Shown in pieces: positions 51,518 through 62,805 of a DNA stretch of 64,000 nucleotides. How positions within the stretch are numbered: the stretch's first letter is position 1; the number at the start of each line of letters is the position of its first letter. The position numbers and the translations under genes were made by a program. The notes under the pieces were generated by a model. That model saw only the letters and a list, made by a program, of their open reading frames with translations. It searched no databases and was not told the DNA's origin. Location of the stretch: assembly GCA_001643675.2 (NCBI GenBank), contig LSRY02000056.1:1-64000 (forward strand), written 5' to 3'. This DNA is from Monocercomonoides exilis PA203 (Eukaryota > Protista > Preaxostyla).

Positions 51518-51790
51518 TGAAACAAACATATGGCTCATTTTTTTGAAAAGTTCCTTTTGTTTAATTTTCAAATAAAGAAAAAATTTCATATTTCGATCAA
51601 ATTTCTGTTCCCACTCACAAAATTTTAGAAAAATTGAAACAAAATCTTGATTATGTTATTGTTTCCATTTTAGTGAAGTTTCGTGAGTGGGAACAGAAAT
51701 TTGATCGAAATATGAAATTTTTTCATTATTTGAAAATTAAACAAAAGGAACTTTTTAAAAAAATTTGGACATATCAATTATGTTTGTTTT
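51518..51790. repeat. Inverted repeat (MITE-like hairpin)
   Basis: ATTTCATATTTCGATCAAATTTCTGTTCCCACTCAC mirrored by GTGAGTGGGAACAGAAATTTGATCGAAATATGAAAT. Confidence 0.85.
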
Positions 51791-53434
51791 CAGGGTTTTT
51801 TTTGAAATAGAAAATATGGATATAAAGAAAATTCGCTCACCAGAAAACGGTATATTCGCTAAGATAGACAAAACATTTGCAAAGATTATTATTTGAACAC
51901 TTTTTTTGTACGTTTTCACAAAAATAATTTATTTTTGGTTATCTTGAATAACAAAAAGTAATTTTCTTAAAATTATTCTTATTTTTCACATTAAAAAGTT
52001 GCTCTTTTGAAAAAAGAAATGCTTTGAATAATGAATTCAATTACAATTATTTCCATGAATAATATAATTACACAAATTTTATGCAGATATACATTTATTG
52101 AATTATCTGGAACCATTTGTCATAAAATTTTGTTTTTCTCAAAATGGCACTTTGTGAAAAAAAATAATTTTTTGATTTTCATTACTAAACCAAGTTTTGT
52201 GATAAATAATAAATAATTTTTATAATTGAAATAGTATTGATGATATGAGCATGAGCATTTTCACTTGAGTAGATAAAAGGCATGAGGTAAATCGAGAAAG
52301 AGAAAAGAGTTACAACAACGACTACAACAAAAAAAGAACTGGACGATTGACCATAACATTCAAAGGAAGAAATATAGAGAAAGCAGAACAAAAAATAAAA
52401 TAATATGGACTGATTTTTTATTTTGAAATAAAACAAAGATTAATGCATGAGGATTGAACGAAAGTTGACAAAATCAACAGTAACTCTGACATTAGCATCC
52501 TTCTTCAAAAGAAAGATAAATTGCATTCTTTAAGAAAAAGCTAACTGAATATCCAAAATGAAGAAGACGAGAACAAATCAGAAAAGTTATTTGAGGAAAA
52601 AATTATGTTTTATGGTTTACAGTTCGGACAAGAAAACAAAAAGAAGAAAAAAAAGAAAGAAAAAAAGAAAGAGCAAAGGAAGAAAAAGAATTATGCAAAA
52701 CATCATTATTGAAAAGAGGCAAATAAAGAATAATCGAAACATTAGGCTTAACATTATTTTTGATGAATCATTTAAAAGAAAAGAAGATAAAGAATAAATA
52801 CATGAAAAGAAATTAAAAAGTTAGAAAAATCAATTTTTAAGTGATGCATAATCTCATGCTTTCAGATAAGAAATCCAATGAATAAATCAAAAAAAGGAAC
52901 GAAAAAAAGAAAAAAACGAAAGCGAAATTGGATTCAAATAATCAAATAAAAAATGACACATAAAAAAATAAGAAGAAAAGGATAAAGTTGAGGGCAGCAA
53001 TGGATTGTCAAAGAACAACTGACATTAATCAACAAAATACCAATGCATGTTCCGAATAGCATTTAATGTCATCATTCCGATAATTACAATAATTAATTAT
53101 TTAGAAAAAAACGATATTTGAAGATTTACCTAAAAACATTTATTTTAATAAAAAATTTTCTCATTAAAGCAAGACAATTCACATTTCAGAACATAAAATT
53201 AAATAGTTCTTCATTTTTTATCCTTTTCACTTCCCTTTCGCTTTCATCACTTTCTTTTTCTCCTTCGTTTATTTTTTAAATTGGATTCATTAATACTCAA
53301 AAAATTATTTATTAACTAATTCATTCATTCCTTTTCTCTTTCTCTTTCCACCCCATCATTTCATATCCTTTTACCACAATTGCTAACTTCATTTCTTCCC
53401 TCCTCTCTTTTGTAAAAAAAAGTTTTCTTTTTTT

Positions 53435-56278
53435 CTACTTTCTATCTGATCCTCTGCTTCCACCACTTGAACCGCTCCGAGATTGTTGGTAAAAGCCAGC
53501 AGAATTCATCAAAGCATTGGAAGGAGATGGAGTGGGCAGTAAATAGTCATTCGAGGCAGTCGACGAAGGTGGAGTACCTTTGACTGGTGAAGAAGATGCA
53601 GAAGTAGCAGTAGGTGAGGAAGATGCAGACGATGAGGTGGATGTTGGAGAAGATGCAGGCCCAGCAGCAGAAGAAGGAGAAGCCACCGTTGAATCAGAAG
53701 AAGAAGAAGAAGCAGTTGCAGGTGAAGATGAAGACTCAGAAGAAGTGAGTTCAGAAGAAGTGGGCAAGATAGAAGACTCAGAAGAAGTTGAACCGGAGGA
53801 CGAAGAGGAAATGACTGGAGATGCAACATTAGCAGCATTTGATGCCGATGGAGTGGATGCAGAATTTGCAGAAGAAGACAAGGCAGATGAAGCATCAGTT
53901 CCAACAGCTTCTTTTGCATTTTCTGCTTTCTCATCTAAGAATAAGCCAATTGTTCCTCCCGCAGGAGCACTTTCTTCTGTCGCATGCTGCGTGATAGACA
54001 CGCCAGATCCTGGTGTAATGCCAACAGAAAGTGCTGCTCCGCTGGCGATAGTTGGCTGCATGTTCATTGCTGTTATCTGCTGCTGCGACAGATGCGGAGG
54101 CACAGCATATGTCGCATTGTGGATCTGCCGCGAACCAGAAAAGACGGCTGGCTCCAGTTTGAAGGACACCTGCAGACGCTGCCCCGCCATGTCTGCACCG
54201 TTCATCCACATGATGGCATTCTGCGCCTCTGCCCTGGTCACAAAGTTCAGAATGCCAAACTTCACTTTTGCCTTGATTCCGCCTTCAATGTCCTTCTCGT
54301 TCTCTAACAGAGTCATCGACTGAACTCGCCCAAAATGGGAGAATGCTTTGTGCAGGATAGTGTCATCAGCGCTGGGGGGAATGTTGTATACGAAGACAGA
54401 CGCCAGCTCTCCTTCTTTGTCTCTGCCTGTCTGATTTTGCCCGCTTTGCACACTTTCTCCTGATGCTCCTCTGGCTGCTGTGGTGCTGCTTCCACTCGCA
54501 TTGCTTCCACTTCCATAGGCTCCTCTTGGCTGAGCTGCTGGCTGCGACGAAGGATAATACGGCGGCTGGTAATTGTATCCAGGTGCTGCTGGAACTTGTG
54601 CTGTGGGCTGAATGTCTGCAGGCGCTGCTCCAGATGCACGCGGAGGGACTGCGTGGTATGCTGGTTGTGCTTGTGCCGCGTGATAAGTCGGAGGCATCTG
54701 CGAATAGGAAGGAGGAGGTGGAGGATAATAAGGCGGTGCTCCGACTGCACCTGGAGGGCCTTGCTGATAGGACGGATAAGGAGGCGGTGGAGGAGGATAA
54801 CCAGCTGCAAGTGGAGGTACAGTGCCTGGAGCACCCTGTGCAGGGTATCCATATGGGTAAGCAGGAGGCTGCATGGCACCAGGCGCTCCTGGATGAGCCT
54901 GCTGGGTGGGGTATATTGCATATCTGCTGGGCACAGGCGCTGGTCCCATCTGTCCTGGAAGAGAAGCACTGCCTACCATCGGCTGCACAGCAGACGAAGG
55001 AGCATACGGTGCAGGGTAGCCGCTACCTGGATGAGGCTGAGGCATCTGATACGCCCCTGATGCTCCAGGAACAAAATCAGAACGATCACTTCCGGTACCG
55101 CCAGAAATAGTTCCAATAATCACAGCACTATTTGCACCACTGGCTCCGCCTCTTTGATCTCTGCCTTTTCCAATTCCTTTTCCTCTGCCTCTTCCTCTGT
55201 TATCTCCTCTCCCACTTTTGCTTTCTCCAAACCGCCCATCATTTTTCCCTTCGGAATCTACATCACTCCCACCTTTCGTTGTTGGTGAATGAATCTAATT
55301 TATATACAGAAAAAAGTTTACCAATACATACATTCATACATATATAAATTGAAATGTTTTGCGTTTAAAATTATTAAAACATGTTTCAAGAAAATATTTT
55401 TAAAAAAAATAATATATTTTTAAAAATCATTTACATACTTTTGCATAAATGATGCGGCCCATAATTTTTGCACCATTTAGATTTGAAACTGCATTAACGG
55501 CTTCTGAATGGCTGTTCATTCGAACAAATGCTGCACCTCTTGAAGTTCCTTGGCTATCCTTAAGCATATTAATGTTTATTACAGTACCGTAATTTGAGAA
55601 TATAGCTTCCAATTGTTCTTGTCGTAATTCTGAACCATATCCTGCAATATACACATTTGCATTTTTCATATCAGGATTGGGATTTCTCGAATAAGACACT
55701 TTCAACCGTTTGTTTAAAAGAGTTTGTCCGTCAAGTTGCTGAATCACAGCACCAGCTTCCGTTGGAAGAGAATATTCAACAAATCCATATCCAAGGCATT
55801 GACCAGCTAAAGATATTTCATTCAGAACGATTAAAAAATATGGTTTTAGTGCAAGAAAACAATCTAAAAACAACGACAAACTGCGCTTATCAGTAATTAA
55901 TTTACAATATACAATTGTTCCAAAAGGTGCAAGCATTTTTTGGAAAGCTTCTTGGGTCATTGAAGGAGGGATGTAATTTATGATCAAACGGCAAGGATTG
56001 TCTGGAGAAATAGAAGAAAAAATAAAGACAAAATAAAGAAAAAAAGCAACGCATTGTAAATCACGAATATAATAAAAGTATAAAAATGATCATTAATTTT
56101 GCATGAAACATCATTCAAAAAACCAAATAAAAGTTAGTGTTGAATAATAACTCTTAACTTTTAAAATACTAAAAATTTTCTTCACACCTATTCTAATTTG
56201 ATCAGTGGATTCAACACGATACGCTCCTGATGGCAAATGTCCTGTTGAATTCGTTAAAGAGGGTAAAACTGAACTCAT
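53435..56278 (-). CDS. ELAV/Hu-like three-RRM RNA-binding protein, multi-exon
   Basis: RRM1 LIINYIPPSMTQ..CKLITDK..GQCLGYGFVEY..KRLKVSYSR; RRM2 NANVYIAG..SRGAAFVRM; Pro/Tyr/Gln hinge; RRM3 VFVYNIP..MNGADMAGQRLQVSFK. Confidence 0.85.
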
Positions 56279-56491
56279 TTGATCTTTACACCCTAACTTT
56301 TCACATGACTGGATGATTCATATGAAATATATGTATTTTTTTGTTAAAATTGAAAATAGTTCAAAATTAGCATTGAAACAATTTCTTAAAGAAGAACGAT
56401 TTAATAGTGGGAAAAAATTATAGCTGATCTGGAGTTTTCGATCAAAAAGAATTGCATTCCTTCGCTATTTGCTTTTGGTTTGATTGAGTTA

Positions 56492-57598
56492 ATGATAGAA
56501 TCTTTACATGATCATACAACAACAAGCGATGGACTTCTTACACATGAAGAATTTTTGTTAGAAGCCCAAAAACGTAATTTTTCTGTTGTGGCATTCACTG
56601 ATCACGATGCTGTTCCTTCACCCGAAGTAGTGGAAAAGCTACGCAACCCTAAATGGAGTAAGGAATTTCCAGTGAAGTACGTGTGGGGAATAGAGATGAC
56701 AGGTTCTCCTCCTGCAGAACTTGGAATTTCTGTTTCAACCTTTCATATCGTTGGACTTTTTATTGATCCTTTGAATAAAGAATTATCCGAATATTGTAAA
56801 ACTGCTCAAGAGCGCCGAATAAAAAGAATGAAATTTATCGTTGGAAAACTGAATGATAATGGTTTTATAATTTCAGAAGATGATTGCTTAAAAGCTAGCG
56901 GAGGCGAGAGCGTTGGAAGACCACATATTGTTACAGCTCTGAGTTCACATCCAGAAAATGAAGAAGTTATGAAGAAAATCATTAGTAATTTTGTTGAAGC
57001 GCGTGAGAAGGATTCAACCCTTTTTCAACAATTTCCTACTTTCGATTCCCAATCTTTTTGGAGCAAATCGTATCAATTATTCTTGTCAAAGGATGCTTGG
57101 ATGAAAGGCGTATATATGGATATTCCAACACCAGATCTGAGAGAATGCTCAAGGTTGATACATGGCGCTGGTGGCATTGTGATTTTAGCTCACTATTTCA
57201 CTATTGCAAATAAAATATCAGTTGATGAGGTTGAAAAATGGCTTAAAGAAGGTATTTTAGACGGGGCAGAAACAATTTATGACCTTGGGTATCCCCCATC
57301 TCAACCTTCAACCTCCTCGTCATCATCATCTTCGTCGTCTTCTGAATCTTCATCAGCAGCTTCTGCTGAAAGTGAAGAAATAAAGAAGCGGAAAGCTGGA
57401 AGGGACGCTATCAAAGCAGCATGCGAACGGAACCACAAGATTTGGTGGGTCGGAGGAGGAGATATACACACTCTGGAAGGGATGACCAACTATGCTCAGT
57501 CGCCTGTGGCTTCTCAAACTGCGGGAATGACAGCAGCTCTTGTGAAAGAGTTGGGAGATAGAATTGATTTGAACAAGTCAAGTTCTCTTGCTTCTTAA
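56492..57598 (+). CDS. PHP-domain phosphoesterase (YciV/TrpH-like)
   Basis: SLHDHTTTSDG, AFTDHD, GIE, HIVGL, GRPHI, ILAH and GGDIH metal-binding motifs; intronless. Confidence 0.9.
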   Translation: MIESLHDHTTTSDGLLTHEEFLLEAQKRNFSVVAFTDHDAVPSPEVVEKLRNPKWSKEFPVKYVWGIEMTGSPPAELGISVSTFHIVGLFIDPLNKELSEYCKTAQERRIKRMKFIVGKLNDNGFIISEDDCLKASGGESVGRPHIVTALSSHPENEEVMKKIISNFVEAREKDSTLFQQFPTFDSQSFWSKSYQLFLSKDAWMKGVYMDIPTPDLRECSRLIHGAGGIVILAHYFTIANKISVDEVEKWLKEGILDGAETIYDLGYPPSQPSTSSSSSSSSSSESSSAASAESEEIKKRKAGRDAIKAACERNHKIWWVGGGDIHTLEGMTNYAQSPVASQTAGMTAALVKELGDRIDLNKSSSLAS

Positions 57599-58375
57599 AT
57601 GAGATGTTTACGTTACAAATCTAATTCTTTCTTGAATGTATCTCATTTTTGATTGTAAGAGTTATATTTCATATTTGATGTTAATCTTATGCTCGAGCTT
57701 TATTTTGTTCTTCAATTTTTGCGTTTTGTCAAAATGTCGCAAACATGCGTTCAGTTTTAGTATATTTTTATCGTTGACATTGCAACAACATTTGAATTGC
57801 TATTTTATAAAGAATATGAAAGTTTTTCTGTTGTTTGGTTCAACAATTGATGGTGCTTTCTGATAGAATTAAAAAGTTTGAGTGACACAAATAAATGAAA
57901 GAATTATTTCCGTTTTTGGTCAATGAACACAATCTCTTTATCCAAACTTTATTGCATTTTTCTTATTTTCCTTCTCTTAAATTTCAAAACAACCTGCTTT
58001 TGCAATTTATCTAAGTTTTGTCATTTTCTCCCTTCTTTTGGAGTTGAATTAAGGACTTTGCAAGAATCAATATATATATTCTCGATGTTGTTCGTATGAG
58101 ACGAGAGGGCAATAAAATATAATCAGAATAAATTACAAAAATTACAAACAAGGTGGGTACCTGGGGCTAACGTTGCTGAAAAACAAAATATCAAAAAATA
58201 GAAAAAATGCTGGTGGATGAAAAATAAGCAGAATATATCATAACTCTTATTAAAGCACTTCTCATTAATTAACACATTACATTTTGGAAAGCAAAAGATC
58301 TTCTTTTCATTCAAAAGCGTTTTATTTTTATTTTTATTTTGATCCAGTACCTTCTCTCCCTTTCATCTTTGTCCC

Positions 58376-60523
58376 TTAAAACCATCTTCCAGCGGTCGTA
58401 GGCTCGAACTTCAATCTGATCACGTATCTGCACTTGATCTGAGACACATCGTACACAATGAACTCGTTGTACTGCAGATACCCCTGCACAGGCACATCAA
58501 TGGGAGTACCTAGCGGAACTTTCACTCCGTCGTCAATGACAATCTCCTCTTTCGGATTTGGAGCGTTTCTTCCTTTGCCAAATGTTGAGAGTGTGCCCTT
58601 TTGAGGCTTCTCCATGTACATTGCACCGGTGCACTCAAACATATCACCCAGCGCCACCTCGCACAGCATTAAGATACCCTGATTCGAATTCTGTGAAGCA
58701 CAGCAGTAGTTCGCAGACTTGCTGACCATATCAGCAAAATACACACCCTTCCCAAACATGTATCCGGAAACAGGAGCTTCTGGAGGAGCAATTCTCAGAC
58801 CTTGGGACAAAATACCCATCCAGTTTGTTCTTCTTGACCCGTGCCACAAAAGCTGTCTGTTTTTATCTTTCGAGAAAGGCTCGAAACGCTCTTTTTCGCC
58901 TGGTCTTTCCACCTCGAAGATGTCGATGATGTTCAGCTTGTACCAGCTGTGTGTGGCGCCATGCGTGTTGTGGATGTACTTCTCCACCATCTTGAACCTC
59001 TCTTCGTCTGGCTTCAGAGGCACAAGCTTGATGTTCAGCGATCTGAACGTCTTATCTGTTGGATGCTCGTCTATATCGCTCTCTTTGGTCTGCTTGAGCA
59101 GAGTCTGCGCAATCTCAATGTCTCCCAGCGCCTCCAGCATCTTCATTTTCCGCTTCAGCATCTGCTCGTTGTCAATTGCTGGAACTTGCCTCATCCCAAC
59201 AGGCGTCGGAATCAGCGTGTAGAACTGAGAGCTCAGCCGATTAATTTCTGATCGATTGAACTTCTTTAGAGCCGCCTCAATTTGCTTCAAAACCTCATAA
59301 CCTGTCTTGATATGCTTTTTGGTGAGCTTTCCAAGAGGAAACTTCTTCACATCAATGTCGAACTCACTCATTGTGTCAATCATAGCCTGAGAATCTGAAA
59401 TGTACTCCACGAAACTTTTGACTTGTGGATCCAATTTCGATACAACAGGCTCGCGTGGAATCTTCTGAATTTTATCTTTCTCTTCTTGCTTCTTTTTCTC
59501 TTCTTCGTTTTCTTCTTCTTCATCTTCCCCTTCGTCAATGTCCAATGGGAAATATTTCCCTGGCTTTTTAATATATTCTTTATTGAAAGCCCAATGTTGT
59601 CCTGTTTTATCGAAAAATTTTTTTTCGAAATCTGCTTTCGCAGAAGCAAGCGATCCATGCGCAGTTTGTTTGTTCTGACCATCAAATCCAACTCTTCCCC
59701 ATCGATTCCATGTCCAGAACATGTTCGGGTTCGTATCAGACTGAAGAAGTTGGATGATGTAATATTTGTTATTGTTGAAGTCAATTTCCGTTTGATTTAA
59801 AGTAGCTTTCCAAACACTTCCGTCGGATTCTTGATATATATGTGCCTGATTTGCGACTCTACACAGATGATCAACACTTGCTTTGCCTTTCTTTACAATT
59901 TTGACTTTTTTCTCTTCTTCTTCTTCTTCTTCTTCAACCACTTCTTCCTCCTTTTCTTTCTTTTCTTTTTTCTCCTTTTCTTCCACATCCTCCTTTTTAT
60001 CATCTTCTTTTGTCACTACTTCTTTTTTACTTCGTCCTCTTGTTCTTGGCCCTGGTTTTTCCGCAACATCTTCAGCCTTTTCATCATCAACCTTGACGTC
60101 CTTTGAATCATCAGTGTCTTTTGAGGTATCAACAGGTTCTACAGAAATGGCTTTCCCTCTTCCTCTTCCTCTTCCGCGCCCTCTTCCTCTTCCCCTTGTT
60201 GTTGGTGCAACCTGCTCAACAACAGCTTTGATATCTGCCAATGTTGAAGGAGTATACTTGTCAATTTCAAGAAGTTTTCCTTCTTCGGTACAGTCAAAAA
60301 TAAAATCACGATGAACAACAGGAATCTTTTTCTCGGATGCTTCCTTCACTTCTGGGGCAGAAGCATCAAATCCGGTTGAAACAAGAACATGCGTAACATT
60401 TTCATCAAAGCTATCAGATAATTTACCGCCTCTTTCCTCAATAACTGTTTGGAAAGCTTTCTTGGCTGCTTCATGAACTTTTCCAGGTAAATAGAAATTA
60501 AATTTATCGAAAAATTGATCCAT
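58376..60523 (-). CDS. PARP: Poly(ADP-ribose) polymerase: BRCT, RG repeat, WGR, regulatory and catalytic (H-Y-E) domains
   Basis: NRWGRVG; LGKLTK; LLWHGSR..GLRIAPPEAPVSGYMFGKGVYFADMVSKSANY; LQYNEFIVYD. Confidence 0.97.
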   Translation of the reverse strand: MDQFFDKFNFYLPGKVHEAAKKAFQTVIEERGGKLSDSFDENVTHVLVSTGFDASAPEVKEASEKKIPVVHRDFIFDCTEEGKLLEIDKYTPSTLADIKAVVEQVAPTTRGRGRGRGRGRGRGKAISVEPVDTSKDTDDSKDVKVDDEKAEDVAEKPGPRTRGRSKKEVVTKEDDKKEDVEEKEKKEKKEKEEEVVEEEEEEEEKKVKIVKKGKASVDHLCRVANQAHIYQESDGSVWKATLNQTEIDFNNNKYYIIQLLQSDTNPNMFWTWNRWGRVGFDGQNKQTAHGSLASAKADFEKKFFDKTGQHWAFNKEYIKKPGKYFPLDIDEGEDEEEENEEEKKKQEEKDKIQKIPREPVVSKLDPQVKSFVEYISDSQAMIDTMSEFDIDVKKFPLGKLTKKHIKTGYEVLKQIEAALKKFNRSEINRLSSQFYTLIPTPVGMRQVPAIDNEQMLKRKMKMLEALGDIEIAQTLLKQTKESDIDEHPTDKTFRSLNIKLVPLKPDEERFKMVEKYIHNTHGATHSWYKLNIIDIFEVERPGEKERFEPFSKDKNRQLLWHGSRRTNWMGILSQGLRIAPPEAPVSGYMFGKGVYFADMVSKSANYCCASQNSNQGILMLCEVALGDMFECTGAMYMEKPQKGTLSTFGKGRNAPNPKEEIVIDDGVKVPLGTPIDVPVQGYLQYNEFIVYDVSQIKCRYVIRLKFEPTTAGRWF

Positions 60524-60795
60524 TATCTAATGTCAAAGAAAACAATTCAAAAACACATTATGCATTTTTTAAAATTCACAGAATCCACACTTCTCGCAAC
60601 AAAAAACACTTATTGATCAGTAATAAATAATCGAAAACATAATGAAGTGTTTTGATTAAAACAAATAAATAAAACCAAAAAAATATCATCGGGAATTCAC
60701 ATTACACCAATTTAGCACGAAAAATGAGATTTGTGCCTCATTCCAGATCACAGAAGTTGTATAATTTTGTCATATAAGTTATTACACAGAAGAAA

Positions 60796-62805
60796 ATGAA
60801 AATATTTTTGTTGTATATCATTTTTATAGTTAAGTATCAAAAGAGCTTATCATATTTTGGTGGATTTGAAAAGAAATACGATGTTAACGAATGTGTTGTG
60901 CTGGGAAATGGATTGCTTAATTGTGAGAATTCAACTGCATTTTTTTCAGGATTAAATCTTCAATCTTTAGAAAATCAGAATACTAACATTTTAAATCGTT
61001 CTTTTGTGCAAGTTTTTGGATGTAGAATTTTCATTCAAGGAAGGAAACCTGCTTGGGAAATTTCTGAGTCAAGTTTGGTTTTAAAAAATTTGTCAGTGAT
61101 TCCATTTGGAAATCAAGGTTTATCATCACTTGTGCAAGCATCAGGATTTGGAAGTGAAATTTCTATTTTTGAGAGCTTAATTGAATCCTTTGTTTTATGT
61201 GGATGTAGTGCATTATTTGGAGGTAGTAACTTTGCAGGAGTTACTTTAGGAGAGAACACATTAAGAAATATCACATTGAAGCAGGAATTTCAACAAAATG
61301 CAGAAAATTCAAGCCTCCAAACCGTTATTTTATCATGTATTTTTTGTGAAATTGAAAATGTTTATTATAATGGAATTGTTGATGGAATGTACTCAAACAT
61401 TTTTAATTGCTTAAACACAACATTTAAAACTATTGCAACAAAACGTGATCCTAATAATTCAAACGAAAGATATTCATATCGCATTACCGTTTCTTCGAAT
61501 AAGTCATTTTCAAACTGCGAATGGGTGTCATGCACGTCATCATACAGTGGAGGTGCACTCTTCATTAGTAGCAGTTATTCTTACGCAGTAGGAAATGTAC
61601 AAGTCAATAAATGTTCCTTTTCTGAATGCACGAGTCACCAAAATGGCGGAGCAATTGCAAGTGGAACTTCAAGTTATTCATATTATTATTATCCACTGTC
61701 AATCTCGGACTCAAGTTTTAAAAATTGCTCAGGATCATTTGGAGGAGCGCTTTACAATATAGCAACAATGTATGTTTTAACCTCAGAGGGAAGTTCGTGT
61801 TCCGCGTCTAGCATGGGAGGCTTTGCATTCATAAGCAAAGGCTTGTCTATAGTTGTACAATTTGCGAACTGTCAAATTAACAAATGCTCTGCAAATACAG
61901 GAGGAGGTATTGTGGTAGTTAATTGTGGACCTTTGTTGAATATTTCTTCATGTACTTTCAGTCAATGTGAATCAAAGATCGGGGGAGGAGCAATTGTGGT
62001 GTCAATGTATTCCCTTTCCACTGAAATTTTTGAAATGACCTCCTGCAGTTTCAGAGAAAATAAAGTTAAAAACAAAACATATCATTTTGGAAACGACATT
62101 TACATCGTCAATTATGAAAAATCAGTTCCATCTGACTTTCTGAGTACTTCTACATCTACGAGTGAAACACCTCGCTTGTACATTGATGGCTATGGACCTT
62201 GCGACGAGTATTGGAAAAAATTGGTAGAGAAAAAAAAGTTCCCTGTTGTGGCAATAGTTTTAATAATTGTCGGAGTTGTAATTTTTGTCGTTGTGATTGT
62301 GATCATAATTTGCTGCTGTTGTCGTAAAAAGAAGAAAAGCGATTCGTCAGCGAGTAATGTCGCTACAACTGGCATTGTTGTTGATACAATAGTGGAGCAA
62401 CAACAATACGTACCAACTCAAGCAATTAATCCGTCTTGCCAAGGTTACGGCGTGCAGCAACAACAAATGCAATTCTCTGGGATGCAGCCTGGTTTAATGA
62501 ATGGGTATTCTTCTTATGGACCTGCTCCATCACAGATGCAACCATCTGGCCAGTATCCTGTTTCAGTTGCCCCAATGATGAACTCACCTCAAGGATCAAT
62601 CCAGCAAGCGCAGCCAATGCAGCCAATGCAACCGGTACAACCGATGCAACAAATGCAACCAATGCAACCGATTCAGCCTGCACAGCAACAAGTAGCTTTT
62701 ACTATTCCTCAGCAATGCATGACTAATCAGCCTCCAATGGAACAAACACAAGCATACGAGCTTACAGATGTTAATGAAAAGGCCAATGATTTTGTTGTTG
62801 CATAA
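60796..62805 (+). CDS. Type I membrane protein with beta-helix (GGAI / FxxC) repeats, TM segment, Cys cluster and Gln/Pro-rich tail
   Basis: N-terminal hydrophobic leader, repeated FSEC..GGAI units, TM VVAIVLII..IIICCCCRKKKK, QPM repeats. Confidence 0.8.
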   Translation: MKIFLLYIIFIVKYQKSLSYFGGFEKKYDVNECVVLGNGLLNCENSTAFFSGLNLQSLENQNTNILNRSFVQVFGCRIFIQGRKPAWEISESSLVLKNLSVIPFGNQGLSSLVQASGFGSEISIFESLIESFVLCGCSALFGGSNFAGVTLGENTLRNITLKQEFQQNAENSSLQTVILSCIFCEIENVYYNGIVDGMYSNIFNCLNTTFKTIATKRDPNNSNERYSYRITVSSNKSFSNCEWVSCTSSYSGGALFISSSYSYAVGNVQVNKCSFSECTSHQNGGAIASGTSSYSYYYYPLSISDSSFKNCSGSFGGALYNIATMYVLTSEGSSCSASSMGGFAFISKGLSIVVQFANCQINKCSANTGGGIVVVNCGPLLNISSCTFSQCESKIGGGAIVVSMYSLSTEIFEMTSCSFRENKVKNKTYHFGNDIYIVNYEKSVPSDFLSTSTSTSETPRLYIDGYGPCDEYWKKLVEKKKFPVVAIVLIIVGVVIFVVVIVIIICCCCRKKKKSDSSASNVATTGIVVDTIVEQQQYVPTQAINPSCQGYGVQQQQMQFSGMQPGLMNGYSSYGPAPSQMQPSGQYPVSVAPMMNSPQGSIQQAQPMQPMQPVQPMQQMQPMQPIQPAQQQVAFTIPQQCMTNQPPMEQTQAYELTDVNEKANDFVVA

